In this document: one piece after another, positions 27,719 to 39,630 of the stretch
Layout: every line of letters starts with the position of its first letter
Numbering within the stretch: position 1 is the first letter of the stretch
Assembly (NCBI GenBank): GCA_951406725.2
Contig: OX597824.1
Span: forward strand, 79,980,001-80,044,000
DNA from: Octopus vulgaris
Lineage: Eukaryota
Direction of reading: 5' to 3'
Length of the DNA stretch: 64,000 bases
The notes under the pieces: model-generated
Seen by the model: only the letters and a program-made list of their open reading frames with translations
The model's database searches: none
What the model was told of the DNA's origin: nothing
Program-made: the position numbers and the translations under genes

Positions 27719-28308
27719 GAAAATAGGAAATCTGTTGGAAAAACAAAAACAGAACAGAGGCGGAGCAAAAACAAATCGAACTATGCTCCTAAGAGCCCAT
27801 GGCGAAACTGTTTATCAGTGTATGTTGAGAACCGGTGGCTGAAGAATTCAACGGGTCAGGCATCGGTCAATCATGTGGGTGAGGGGGCGTAGATGTTCTT
27901 TGTGACCGAGAATAAAGTTCTGACTATTTAAGGAATATTGGATGTTTTATAAGGGGCGAGAAAAAATCTACTTAGAGACGTGTGTGTGTGTATACTGTTC
28001 TATATACGTGTGTGTTGGCGTAGGGGTAGAAAACATTTTTTGTGTACGTGTGTGCGTTTGATCGTTCGGCTGTCAGTGGCTACTGCCGTGATGACCGTTG
28101 GGTGGCAGAAAAAAATATACATCATGTTTTATGTGTGTGTGTGTTCTCATCTAAACCTGCCTTGTCAAGGAAACCCCCGCTGTGAAAAAACCAAGCCCCG
28201 TTTGTCTTACAGGAGTAATTCCCCTTGCAGTGGTTAATCGTAGATATCTTAAAGGCTATTTCAGAATTTGTTACCAAGGGTTATGGGTGCCGGTATTATT
28301 TATAAACG

Positions 28309-29661
28309 CTATTTAAAAGCCAGATAAGTGTAACGCCGCCAATGGGGGCATCGAAAAGCCGACTGTAAAAGCCCGTTTACCATCCGGCCTCTGGCAAACA
28401 AAATATGGAAGAGTTCGGAGACACAAAGGTTGCACTGCCTTCTGCCTCTATCAAATGGGAGGGCCACCGACAAAATTGACCATTCCAGCCTGTAGCTTAA
28501 GTTCGTATCCTTCAGTCGCCATATTAGCTTACTGAGTCCCGTGGTCTGGCGCTTGTTCATGTCCCGAAAAGTTGCGTAATGGTTGGAGACACGCAAAGAC
28601 AATCTTGAGGATGAGGCCCCTACATAAGTGAAGACATCTGAGTCCGTGTAAACCTTGCATTGGTAGACGGCGTTTTTGATCTTGGAGTTCGCCGACGTGA
28701 ATCTTATTCTACTAGGATTAGTTTCTGAAACTAGAACTGCGTTCCTGTCACTATATTCGTTCCGAGACCTGCAGCCGCTTACTACTCTATTTTCCACTAC
28801 GTCACTATTAACTATAGGAATAACCCCTGATTCTCCACTATCTATCAAAGTGCTGTCATTGCTACTGCCCGTGGTGCTGCTATTGCGGGAAATGATGCTG
28901 GGGATGCTATTGGGGCTCTCTACCCTACTCCCATTGTTACCGTCAACCACAACACCCCTATTTATAACTATACCCCTAGTGGGTACTCCCTGGCTGGAGC
29001 TGAGATTATGTGTCACTGTACTGGCTCTCATATCATTATTACTACTATAATTATTCCTACTGAGCATTAAACCGGGAGTGGAAGAGGCTGTGCCTCCGGA
29101 AAAAGGTGATAGGGTCTTAGTAAGTAGCCTATTATTATGGGAGGCGATTATCTGGGCGAGGTTTTTAGTGTTGGAGAAAGCTATCCTAACTTTATGCGAG
29201 TTAACCGTGGAGTAATATTTGGAATTTCTGGGGAAGTTATTGGCGATGGCTTGTCTAAACATGAGGGGAGGTTAGTTCTAATCTGCTTACCAAAGGGGAT
29301 TACAAACCATATATGCTTATTCCTATCAGTGTGATGGATCGGGACGCCAGCTCTCGCATTCGGGTGGGTGATTCTCGGATGAATGACGGGTCTTGGGTTA
29401 GTGTAAGACCTCCCGGACCGATAAATATCCTTGTTCGCTAAATTAAATGCGGGAGCGACTACCCCGGCATCCACCGCGCTCCCGTCCTTACTTAAAATGT
29501 TAATGTTATTATATACGGCCCTATCCTGATGACCGAATGATGGCATCGGAAGGGCCGGATCAATATAAATTACCTTCTGCCTATAACCGGCCTTGGATAG
29601 TGCGGCGTTATAAAATTCCGCTTTCTGCATAAAAATATCGGCACTGGCGGACAGGCCAGAC
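28309..29661 (-). pseudogene. PLE ORF C-terminal half with one frameshift near 29265
   Basis: LSGLSASADIF....FYNAALSKAGY; IWFVIPFGKQIRTN; then FPRNSKY..TVNSHKVRIAFS..KNLAQIIASHN; AVYQC...TYVGA...RVSNHYATF...WSIL...CNLCVSE...CPH. Confidence 0.85.
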
Positions 29662-29671
29662 AATCTATCTA

Positions 29672-29716
<45 letters not shown>

Positions 29717-30353
29717 ATATATGTATATATATATGTACACATAATGCTTTCCTGTGATAACCTTATAATTATTTTTTCCTGAGCGATAAGACTTCTCCAA
29801 TGCTAAAATTCCGACAGCAAGGAATGAGTTGGTGCGAATAGTCAGAAGCGATATGTCTCTTTAAAATAATAGGAAAAGTGAAGTTATGTTGTATTGCGTT
29901 ATTGTAGTTTTTTTTTTGGGGCCTCATATCAGCACTTTTCTAAGAGATCTATGGCGAAAGGCAATTCACCCAAGAGCAACTCGCCTCTTCTCAGTGTTAG
30001 CTTTTCTATACTTATATGTTTATTTAATATATCCTTTTTTGTTAAGACGATAAAATATGATTTAATGCCGATTTAACTGCCATTTCTGACAGTTTTTACC
30101 GAAGGCATACAAGTTTATTCGTTTAGGTATTATACTTATAGTCGTTGGTAGGAGTATTCGAGGCAGTGGTGATGTTAGGGTTGTTGAAGTTGTTGCTCTG
30201 AGCCAAACATCTCAACGACATATCCTGAATGTAAGCATTTTGCCTTACACACATACACACACACACAAACACACATACACACATGCGATGATCAGACACG
30301 CAGATGCATAGATATATATACACAACACACAGACCACAAACACCTATACCCGG

Positions 30354-30463
<110 letters not shown>

Positions 30464-30466
30464 ACA

Positions 30467-30529
<63 letters not shown>

Positions 30530-30530
<1 letters not shown>

Positions 30531-30769
30531 AGGAAAATGGAAAACAAAACCAAGGCCCAACGAGTATCTCAGATCATCTAGAATATTTAATTAGAGTAAG
30601 GTAAGTAAAAAAATAAAGAAATGGAAATAATTAATGTCTTACAGCTGTTTCTGGCATATCCCAGGTGATGGGTCAACATCACCATACACTGGGTATTCCG
30701 CCATTAGCGACACGGTGTGTATGTAGGAAAGATACTCGTTCTGCCTTGGTTTTGTTTTCCATTTTCCTT
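30530..30769. mobile_element. PLE-type 3' end with a ~40-bp inverted terminal duplication
   Basis: aaggaaaatggaaaacaaaaccaaggcccaacgagtatct (30530-30569) versus agatactcgttctgccttggttttgttttccattttcctt (30730-30769); adjacent to (CA)n/(TA)n. Confidence 0.7.
30636..30711 (-). ncRNA. Degenerate hammerhead fold (core CUAAUGG)
   Basis: gtcg CTAATGG ...cccag..ggtgatg/catcacc..tggg... GAAA cagctg TA agac. Confidence 0.5.
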
Positions 30770-31242
30770 TAATACATACCTTCTGACTCGGAAACCTACT
30801 TCGGATCCCTAGCTCCGGCATCAGTTGCGAACTTGGAACCTGACGGATGACAACTTATAGCACTTACGCGGCGTACCCATTGTTTTAGATCATCAGTGAA
30901 CAAAACCCCTCATATTCTAGAGGCGGTGCTCGAGCATGGTCGGAGTCAAATGACTGAAACAAGTAAAAGAATAAAGAATATATGTATGTATACCTACGTA
31001 TATATGCATTTGAAAAGCTTTCTATTTTATACATTAATCTATATATATAATAATTGCTTATTGCCCTGATTTAGTACTTTTAGCTGTGTTCTTGTAGGAT
31101 ACCACCATTAAAGTACAGCTCCCAAAATTACTGCAGAGCTTAATTGCCACCCCAAGAACCTATATTCAACAAAAACTGTTGTGTCTGTTTTAGCTGGAGA
31201 ATAGACAACAATTACTTTGGAAACAATTCAAACTTTGAACAA

Positions 31243-31630
31243 GTGGCTGTGTGGTAAGTAGCTTGTTTACCAACCACATGGTTCCGGGTTCAGTCCCACT
31301 GCGTGGCACCTTGGGCAAGTGTCTTCTACTATAGCCTCGGGCCGACCAAAGCCTTGTGAGTGGATTTGGTAGACGGAAACTGAAAGAAGCCCGTCGTATA
31401 TATGTATATATATATATATGCGTGTTTGTGTGTCTGTATTTGTCCCCCTAGCATTGCTTGACAACCGATGCTTGTGTGTTTACGTCCCCGTCACTTAGCG
31501 GTTCGGCAAAAGAGACCGATAGAATAAGTACTGGGCTTACAAAAGAATAAGTCCCGGGGTCGAGTTGCTCGACTAAAGGCGGTGCTCCAGCATGGCCGCA
31601 GTCAAATGACTGAAACAAGTAAAAGAGAGT
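31243..31630 (+). mobile_element. SINE family B, near full length
   Basis: gtggctgtgtggtaag A box, gggttcagtccc B box, ccttgggcaagtgtcttct, gtaaaaga tail. Confidence 0.88.
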
Positions 31631-32307
31631 AAGTCCATACCTTGTAGAATTCAAGCTGTAAGAAGTACTGCCGAAGATTTTCAATATATTTATCCCTCGG
31701 TTATATTTGGATATTTTTGGCAGATATACCTAAAAATTGTTTCTTCATACGTTCGCAATCTGTAAGAAGTGCTCAAAGGAGCCAAGGAACCAAGTTTTTT
31801 AAACAATTGCTTGAAAGTGCTCAGGTCGACCCTGGGAGGCTAGACATTATAACAACTTCAAGAAGAGACAAAATTTAGATAATTACTCTATAGTTATGAT
31901 TAACCTCAACGTATAAAACACATAACACAATAAATACACCAAGACAAGGAACATATCAATAGATTTTTTATAACAGAAATAAGAAATACATGAGGTAAAA
32001 ATATACGTGAAAAGGATAAATAAATAAATAGTGATACATCGCTAATATATCAAGCCGACCTGTAAAATGGAGGCATAAAAAGTTGTCAAATTCTAACACC
32101 CTGTATGAATGCACGTGTAATTAAATACATTTCTTGCCTAATCTATCCCATTCGCGTTGTCAGTTGCTAGGGGATTCATACATGCGTTCAGGTTCATCCT
32201 CACTTCTGCGTTAGAGGTATTGGAAGTCAGGTTATGTTCTGTTAACATCTGGGGAGGAGTAGGTTACCCGGGTAGAAAACAAAATAATATAAGATGGGAA
32301 TAATTCT

Positions 32308-32590
32308 GGATGAAAGGCAAAGTCGACCTCGGCGGAATTTGAACTCAGAACGTAATGGCAGACGAAATACGGCATTTCGCCCGGCGTGCTAACGTTTCTG
32401 CCAGCTCGCCGCCATAACAACGACTATAATAACAACAATAAGAGTTGGCCAACAAGGGAATCTCTACGTGGTCACTCGAACAGCTAGCAGAGCAACCTAA
32501 TCTCCCCTGTTATTTTAAAGAAAAGAAAAAATATGCTGGTTAAGTGGTCGTGGATTCCCTGTAAAAGACGTGATGGTCACAGCTGGAACT
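32308..32590 (+). repeat. 283-bp direct duplication, copy 1 (SINE A head plus flank)
   Basis: Matches 35934-36216 with 4 mismatches noticed. Confidence 0.85.
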
Positions 32591-32642
32591 TATAAGAGAG
32601 GCCGGGATGGGGCACTGCGAAAGGAATTGTGAAGTAGTGCAA

Positions 32643-32706
<64 letters not shown>

Positions 32707-32734
32707 GTCTGTCTGTCTGTCTGTCTGTCTGTCA

Positions 32735-32781
<47 letters not shown>

Positions 32782-32791
32782 AGTCTGTCTA

Positions 32792-32864
<73 letters not shown>

Positions 32865-33021
32865 TTATATATTTCTTTTTTATACACCACATAACCCAAA
32901 GATCCCTATTGATCGAATTTTTTTCTTTATGTGTCCCACCCATCCCACCTCGAAAAGAAAAACTCTACATTGTATTTCGTTTATTTTCTGTGTTTAGCCC
33001 TGTGTGGCCATAATAAAAACA

Positions 33022-33078
<57 letters not shown>

Positions 33079-34423
33079 GTCTATCTATCTATTACACATA
33101 TAATACGCACACACACGCACATGCACACTCAAATACACACACATATTTTTCTGATATTCACACAAACACACTCATTACACACTTACATATTAGTGCGTAT
33201 GTAAGAGTGTGTATATGGGTGTGTGTCTGTGTATCTGTGTGTCTGTGTGTCTATATAGCTATGGTTGGAGAAAACTAATATTGCAACGATTAATATTTCG
33301 CTTCCCAGTTGAAGCCATTTCAGTTCATTTCATTTCATTTACAAACGCAATCACCTGTCAGAAACGTATTAACGTCGAATAATCCTCCATTTTTACCTTA
33401 CTCTAAAATATGTCAACAGTACCTTAACACAATCTCATTTTGACTAAAACTGCAGCCTTAAGCATGAATCAAAAATCAATATCTCTTGGCTTATATATTT
33501 GAGAATGGGTTGGGAATTTAGCAGAATTTAGCAGATTTAAGGAAATCCTCATTTGGACAAGTGCAGAAACTCAGCTTTAGCCTACTTTAGATTTTCAAAG
33601 ACTTGGTGCCCAAGGAAGTTATTGTCCTGATTCTGTCATTAATGTACGATTTATTAAGGTAAATATAGTCATTTCGGAAGTAAAATCTCAATCCTATCCA
33701 ATCCTTTGTGTGTTTTTACAAGGATAAGTTTCGTGCTTTGGTTTTGAACCAAACTAGATTAGAGAATCTGACGTTGAATATTCTGGAAGAAAAATATGAA
33801 AAAGAGAGAGAGGAAAAAAAAGGAACTTCGTCCGTATTGAACCAGATTCAAGTAGTTAAACTTCTAATAAATAATATACTCTAGTTGTTATAATCTTTGC
33901 TGTGTTAGACTCATTTTAATACAAAGTTTCTCTTTCTTCATCTGCTGAACAATTCTTTGTATTTGCAGGGTTTTTCGTACCCATTAAACGGTTAGAAACA
34001 GATCTGTGTAAGGGATACATTATATGTATTTTTAACTATATCAATTTAACCTACTTTTAGTCATCACTTCGATTTAAATTATTCAATAACGATGATGGTG
34101 TATACATACACACACAGGCAGACGTACGCATACACGTATATATAAATATATATTAATATATATATATATGTGTGTGTGTGTGTGTACGTGTGTATGTGTG
34201 CGTGCACAAACACGTACATATATATACATAATATGCATACATATATACATATACACACATGCATATATAAGTATACATATATTATATATATGAATATAAA
34301 AGTATAATTCATATATATACATTCTATACACACACAGACGCGCGCACGCACACCCATACACACACCCATAAACACACATATGCATAAATAAATATACGCA
34401 TATTTTATGAATACAGAAGTATA

Positions 34424-34496
<73 letters not shown>

Positions 34497-34578
34497 ACAA
34501 TTGCAGCGTGGGAGGTGTTTATAAGCCATTTAAGAAACACACAAAAGCCGTTCGATTCACTCCAACATTTAAGTTTAA

Positions 34579-34628
34579 TTTGTCAAAATATTTTCGTCGC
34601 TAAAATCCGCGACCTGTTCACTGACAAA
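34579..34628 (-). ncRNA. Hammerhead-like fold (mirror copy of 34649-34698)
   Basis: Reverse complement of the right-arm motif. Confidence 0.6.
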
Positions 34629-34648
34629 GTCCGTGCTGCATCACGGAC

Positions 34649-34698
34649 TTTGTCAGTGAACAGGTCGCGGATTTTAGCGACGAAAATATTTTGACAAA
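34649..34698 (+). ncRNA. Type I hammerhead-like fold, variant core GUGAACA (G3:C8)
   Basis: tttgtca GTGAACA g gtcgc-ggatttta-gcgac GAAA atat TT tgacaaa; 7-bp stem I, 5-bp stem II, palindromic stem III. Confidence 0.62.
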
Positions 34699-34965
34699 TT
34701 AAACTTAAATGTTGGAGTGAATCGAACGGCTTTTGTGTGTTTCTTAAATGGCTTATAAACACCTCCCACGCTGCAATTGTTTTCGTTTCAGCACACGATC
34801 TCAGATCAAATTACTTGCTATGCGAGTACATCTCCGTAATATATATATATATATGTATGTATATTCTATACACACACATACACACACATGCACGCATGCA
34901 CACACACGCACTCACACACAAACACACACGCATATATGCATAAATAGATATACGCATGTTATATA

Positions 34966-35096
34966 CAGGGTGTCCCCCAAAAATGTATACACACCTTAAA
35001 TAATTGTTAATTTGTTATTCTTTGTAAGCCTAGTACTTATTCTATCGTTCTCTTTTGCCGAACCACTATGTGTATACATTTTTTTGGGACACCCTG
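34966..35096. mobile_element. Tc1/mariner-type MITE with TA TSD
   Basis: ta|cagggtgtcccccaaaaatgtatacaca ... tgtgtatacatttttttgggacaccctg|ta. Confidence 0.8.
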
Positions 35097-35098
35097 TA

Positions 35099-35320
35099 TA
35101 TTTGAGGTAGGTCTTCGGGGAAGCGTTTAGTGTCTCTTGTGAGTTGATCTACATACGTTGTGTTCGGATGTCCTTCTAGAGTACGACCATGCTCCGGCAA
35201 CCGTAACTGTAGGTCACTTGCCAGCTCTTGTTTAGCACGCCAGCAAAGTCTCGCAGGGCGCAAGCGCCTTTCCCTTAACATGGTAGAAGCAGGCTGGGGA
35301 TCGATCTCCATACAACTGTT
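35099..35320 (-). mobile_element. RTE LINE C-terminal fragment
   Basis: RERRLR.A..CWRAKQELASDL....PEHG....G.P.TTYVDQL.RDT. Confidence 0.7.
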
Positions 35321-35626
35321 TCTTGGTGGGACGAGTTCTCCAAGAAATGTTTAACACTGATCTTTATCGACCCCTTCACCGACCCCACCCAGAAGAAGAA
35401 AAGGCAAAACTACTAGAAATTACAACCACATTTAAATTAAAACAAAATCTTAGTAACTTAGAAAATATTGGAAGGGAGGAAACAGCTGAGGATATCAGCC
35501 TCACCAGTTGACGGTTACATATTTAAAATAGATTCCCTCTCCCCACTTGGAATAAACTTACTCCTCTCCTTAATTTGCAATGAGAATGTAAACGGACGAA
35601 ACTTACTATTACTAAAAGGAAGGGAG

Positions 35627-36040
35627 GAAGCACTCCGTCGGTTACGACGACGAGGGTTCCGGTTGACAAACAAGGACAGACAAACGGATTAAGTCGATTA
35701 TATCGACCCCAGTGCGCAACTGGTGCTTAATTTATCGACCCCGAAAGGATGAAAGGCAAAGTCGACTTCGGCGGATTTTGAACTCAGAACGTAACGGCAG
35801 ACGAAATAACTATTTCTTTACTGCCCACAAGGGGCAGTAAAGATAAACAGAAGAGATAAACAAGGACAGACAAACGGAAGTCGATTACATCGACCCCAGT
35901 GTGTAACTGGTACTTAATTTATCGACTCCAAAAGGATGAAAGGCAAAGTCGACCTCGGCGGAATTTGAACTCAGAACGTAATGGCAGACGAAATACGGCA
36001 TTTCGCCCGGCGTGCTAACGTTTCTGCCAGCTCACCGCCA
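35627..36040 (-). mobile_element. Tandem SINE family A joined to a family D tail
   Basis: Two A units with a junction at 35801-35820; gaagcactccgtcggttacgac D tail at 35627-35665. Confidence 0.75.
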
Positions 36041-36216
36041 TAACAACGACAATAATAACAACAATAAGAGTTGGCCAACAAGGGAACCTCTACGTGGTCA
36101 CTCGAACAGCTAGCAAAGCAACCTAATCTCCCCTGTTATTTTAAAGAAAAGAAAAAATATGCTGGTTAAGTGGTCGTGGATTCCCTGTAAAAGACGTGAT
36201 GGTCACAGCTGGAACT
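35934..36216 (+). repeat. 283-bp direct duplication, copy 2
   Basis: Matches 32308-32590. Confidence 0.85.
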
Positions 36217-36674
36217 CGTCATGATAGGATGGCTAAAAACTTCTCTTCGAAATTATGCTTCTCCGGGTTCGATCTCAGGTCATGGCGTCATGGGTCTGTG
36301 TCTTTTATCATCACTTCGGATATAACCAAGTTTTATGAGTGAAAGTGAGTTGGCAGAAACTGTGTGGAAGCCTCTTGAATGGACTGTACTTTTAATTTAA
36401 AGGGCGACGAGACGAGAGATATCTGTGGAACACCCAGCCAGGTACACGTTAATTCAATGAGCAAGTAATTCAGTTGATCAAACAACTGAATAATACACTT
36501 CGTCGAAACGGACGGAGATCCATAACTTAACTACTTGACTAGTTTATTGATTTGATTTATCGATCACCATAAGAAGGAAAGGCATAATCGCTTTGTGTAA
36601 TTTGACTTGGAACAAATGTGGACAGAACAAAACATCAGAAAACATATTTATTTGTTTATTTATTTATCTATTTA

Positions 36675-37111
36675 CTCTTTACTCTCTCTTTTACTCTTTT
36701 ATTTGTTTCAGTCATGTGACTGTGACCATGCTGGAGCACCACCTTTTGTCGAGCAAATCGACCCCCAGGACTTATTCTTTGTAAGTCCAGTACTCATTCT
36801 ATCGGTCTCTTTTGCCGAACCGCTAAGTTACGGGGACGTAAACACACCAGCATCGGCTGTCAAGCGATGTTGGGGGGGGGGGGGACAAACACAGACACAT
36901 AAACATATACACACACATACATACATTTATATATATATATACATATATATGACGGGCTTCTTTCAGTTTCCGTCTACCAAATCCACTCACAAGGCTTTGG
37001 TCGGCCCGAAGCTATAGTAGAAGACACTTGCCTAAGGTTCCACGCAGTGGGAGTGAACCCGGAACTATGTGGTTCGTAAGCAAGCTACTTACCACACAGC
37101 CACACCTACGC
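36675..37111 (-). mobile_element. SINE family B, full length
   Basis: Reverse complement of the family B sequence at 31243-31630. Confidence 0.88.
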
Positions 37112-37512
37112 TCATTTATTTTTTTATTGTACTCAAATAATTAGAATACTCCTATAAACCATAAAAGCTATGGTATACAAAAAAAATCCTCCTGTCTCTT
37201 TCTAATAAAGTTTAATAATAAAAAAAATGAAAAGATATACAAATAAATTTGTTTGCTTTTAAATCTTTTCGTTGGTTCTTTGAATTAAAAGATCTAATTG
37301 CTGGTTGCTAAAATCATGAAAAGGTGTCGTGCAATGGTTTGCTTTTCTATCACAGATTTGTCATTGAGGAGGCTTTTAGCATTAAATGAAACGAGGCAAA
37401 TAGCAGATCTTTAGTAAAGAACATTGCATATTAGCTTTCATTCAAGAAAGAGGAAATGATAATTATTTGGAATGCATGGTTAAGTGAAAGATTAAATATA
37501 AGAAATAAAAGA

Positions 37513-37685
37513 TGGACTGTTTTTATTATCGTTTTCTTTCTTTCTTTCCTTTTCTTCTTTCTTTTTCTTTCTTTCTTTCTTTCTTTCTTCTTCCTTTCTT
37601 TCTTTCTTTTTCTTTCTGTCTTTCATTCTTTCTTTCTTCTTTCATTCTTTCACTCATTCTTTCTTTCTTTCTTTCTTTTTTTCAT

Positions 37686-37744
<59 letters not shown>

Positions 37745-37792
37745 GGACTGTTTTTATAATCGTTTTCTTTCTTTCTTTCTTTCCTTATTTTT

Positions 37793-37864
<72 letters not shown>

Positions 37865-37893
37865 TCCTCTTTCTTCTTTCTTTCTTGCTTTCT
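37513..37893. repeat. (TTTC)n tract duplicated together with a tggactgtttttat leader
   Basis: Leader at 37513 and 37744, each followed by (TTTC)n. Confidence 0.8.
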
Positions 37894-38962
37894 TTGTTGT
37901 AGTAGAATTATTTCCCTTTATTTCGTAATTTAAAAAAATTAATTCCTTTTTAGAGATTTTGTTAGTCCGATGAGGAAACACATAAAAAATCTGCTTTCCA
38001 CACAAAAAAAGTCAAGTACCTTGAAAAAAATAATTTTAGAAAAAAAAAGACAATAATAACAAAAACAGCAACAATCAAAACCAAAGCAAAATAAAAAATA
38101 AAAACAAACAAAATAAAGAGGATTTGTCTTTAATTAAATTATCCAGATGTTTATATTATTACATTTGTTATCTGAGGAGATCAAATTCCGCAGGGGTCAC
38201 CTTTGTCTGCAATCCCTCCGGATTCGATAAATAGTACCAGTCTGGTCTTGAGTTCGATGCTATCTATTTACTTTTTCCTTCAAAACTTCTGGCATTCTAC
38301 CAAAATTAGAAACCATTATGTTTATTATTTGTGTTGCTTAAAGTTTCATCTGCAATTCTGTGACCTGTGTGGATTTAACCCCAATATTTTCACCTTTTCT
38401 CTCTTCCTGTCTTATCTTTGTCGTTTCTCCCCCTCTCTTTGCTTTTCTCTCTTTTTTTTGAGAAGCGAAATCTGCCCGAAACGTTAGATTTTTTTCACAT
38501 TATACCGCAAATCACGTGGCAATATAAAACAATCTTCATATTGTTTTTTTGATACAAAACATTTGATACAAAATAAAGCCTACTATTTTTTTATTCATTT
38601 CATTTTTCAGAACTTCCAAACTATAAAAAAAAAATTATGAACAAAGAAAGAAAAATATATGCCTCACGTTCCCAAGTCTGCATTCATTCACCCTACACTA
38701 AATTTCTTTTACCACTGCATATTGAGCAGTTTCGCAAATCTATCCTCTTAATAACTGGAAAATTACTGCGATATTTGGCGGTGAAATAGCATAAAATAGA
38801 ACGAAATTAAATAAAGAAATAAAGAAATTGAATTACAGCAAAATAATTATAAAATTGTGGTCATAATTTGCCAATGATATTAATTAGTACACTATATACA
38901 ACAGAAGTCTATATTTAGAATTCATATTTGATATTAACAGCTGCTATATATTGGTTCAACAG

Positions 38963-38999
38963 CTAACGAGATGAACAGTCGTCGAAACATCTACATGTC
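38963..38999 (+). ncRNA. Decayed hammerhead fold (core CUAACGA)
   Basis: CTAACGA gatga-acag-tcgtc GAAA cat-ctac-atg TC; stem I lost; AATAAA about 120 nt downstream. Confidence 0.5.
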
Positions 39000-39181
39000 C
39001 CACGTGGAAAATGCTGTACTTTCTCTGTAATGTATCAGGCTTGTTTTTACCGTTGGTTATATTCATATAGACATAAAGACTCGTTTTTACTAAGCATTAG
39101 ATCTATTATGTTTTTCTAATAAACCACTGTGTGGGTATTTTCCCCTATATTTTAAACCAGTTATTATTTCTCGTTGCTTTA

Positions 39182-39630
39182 AGGCAATGAGCTAGTAAAA
39201 TCGTTAACATGCCGGGCAAAATGCTGAGCAATATTTCGTCCATTATTACGTTCTGAGTTCAAATTCCGCCGTGGTCGACTTTGCATTTCATACTTTCGGG
39301 GTCGAAAAATTAACTACCAGTTGCGTACTGGCGTTGATCTAAACGACTGGCTCCCTCCATCAAAATTTCGGACCTTGTGTAGTAAAGAATATTATGTTAA
39401 TCGAATGTACAAAATATTATTTTAAGGACGGGAGGTAACTCTTCACATGTTTCACTATTATTAAACCTCTTCAATAAGTTCTATCGTAGTGATAATTCAA
39501 AGAGTAAATTCAGAGATAATTCAAAGATAATTCGGTGGGTCGATAAAATAAATACCAGTTGAGCACTGGGGTCGATGAAACAGACTTACCCCCTTTCCCG
39601 AAATTGCTGACATTGTGCCAAGATTTGAAG
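39182..39630 (+). mobile_element. Diverged SINE family A copies (39182-39380; 39530-39630)
   Basis: acgttctgagttcaaattccgccgtggtcgactttgc core. Confidence 0.7.

Larger units (their letters stand above)
27569..29661 (-). mobile_element. Penelope-like element (Neptune-type), 5'-truncated, between (TA)n tracts
   Basis: Post-RT region, GIY-YIG domain, ~740-nt 3' UTR with hammerhead; (TA)n at 27522-27568 and ~29675-29710. Confidence 0.9.
34496..34840. mobile_element. Fold-back PLE-type 3' end: 140-bp perfect palindrome in (TA)n
   Basis: Arms 34496-34635 and 34642-34781, loop ctgcat; right copy continues to ~34840, then (TA)n. Confidence 0.88.

Noticed and set aside
38455-38490. cgaaacgtta, a possible hammerhead 3' half
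   Set aside because: The 5' core and stems are too degraded to call
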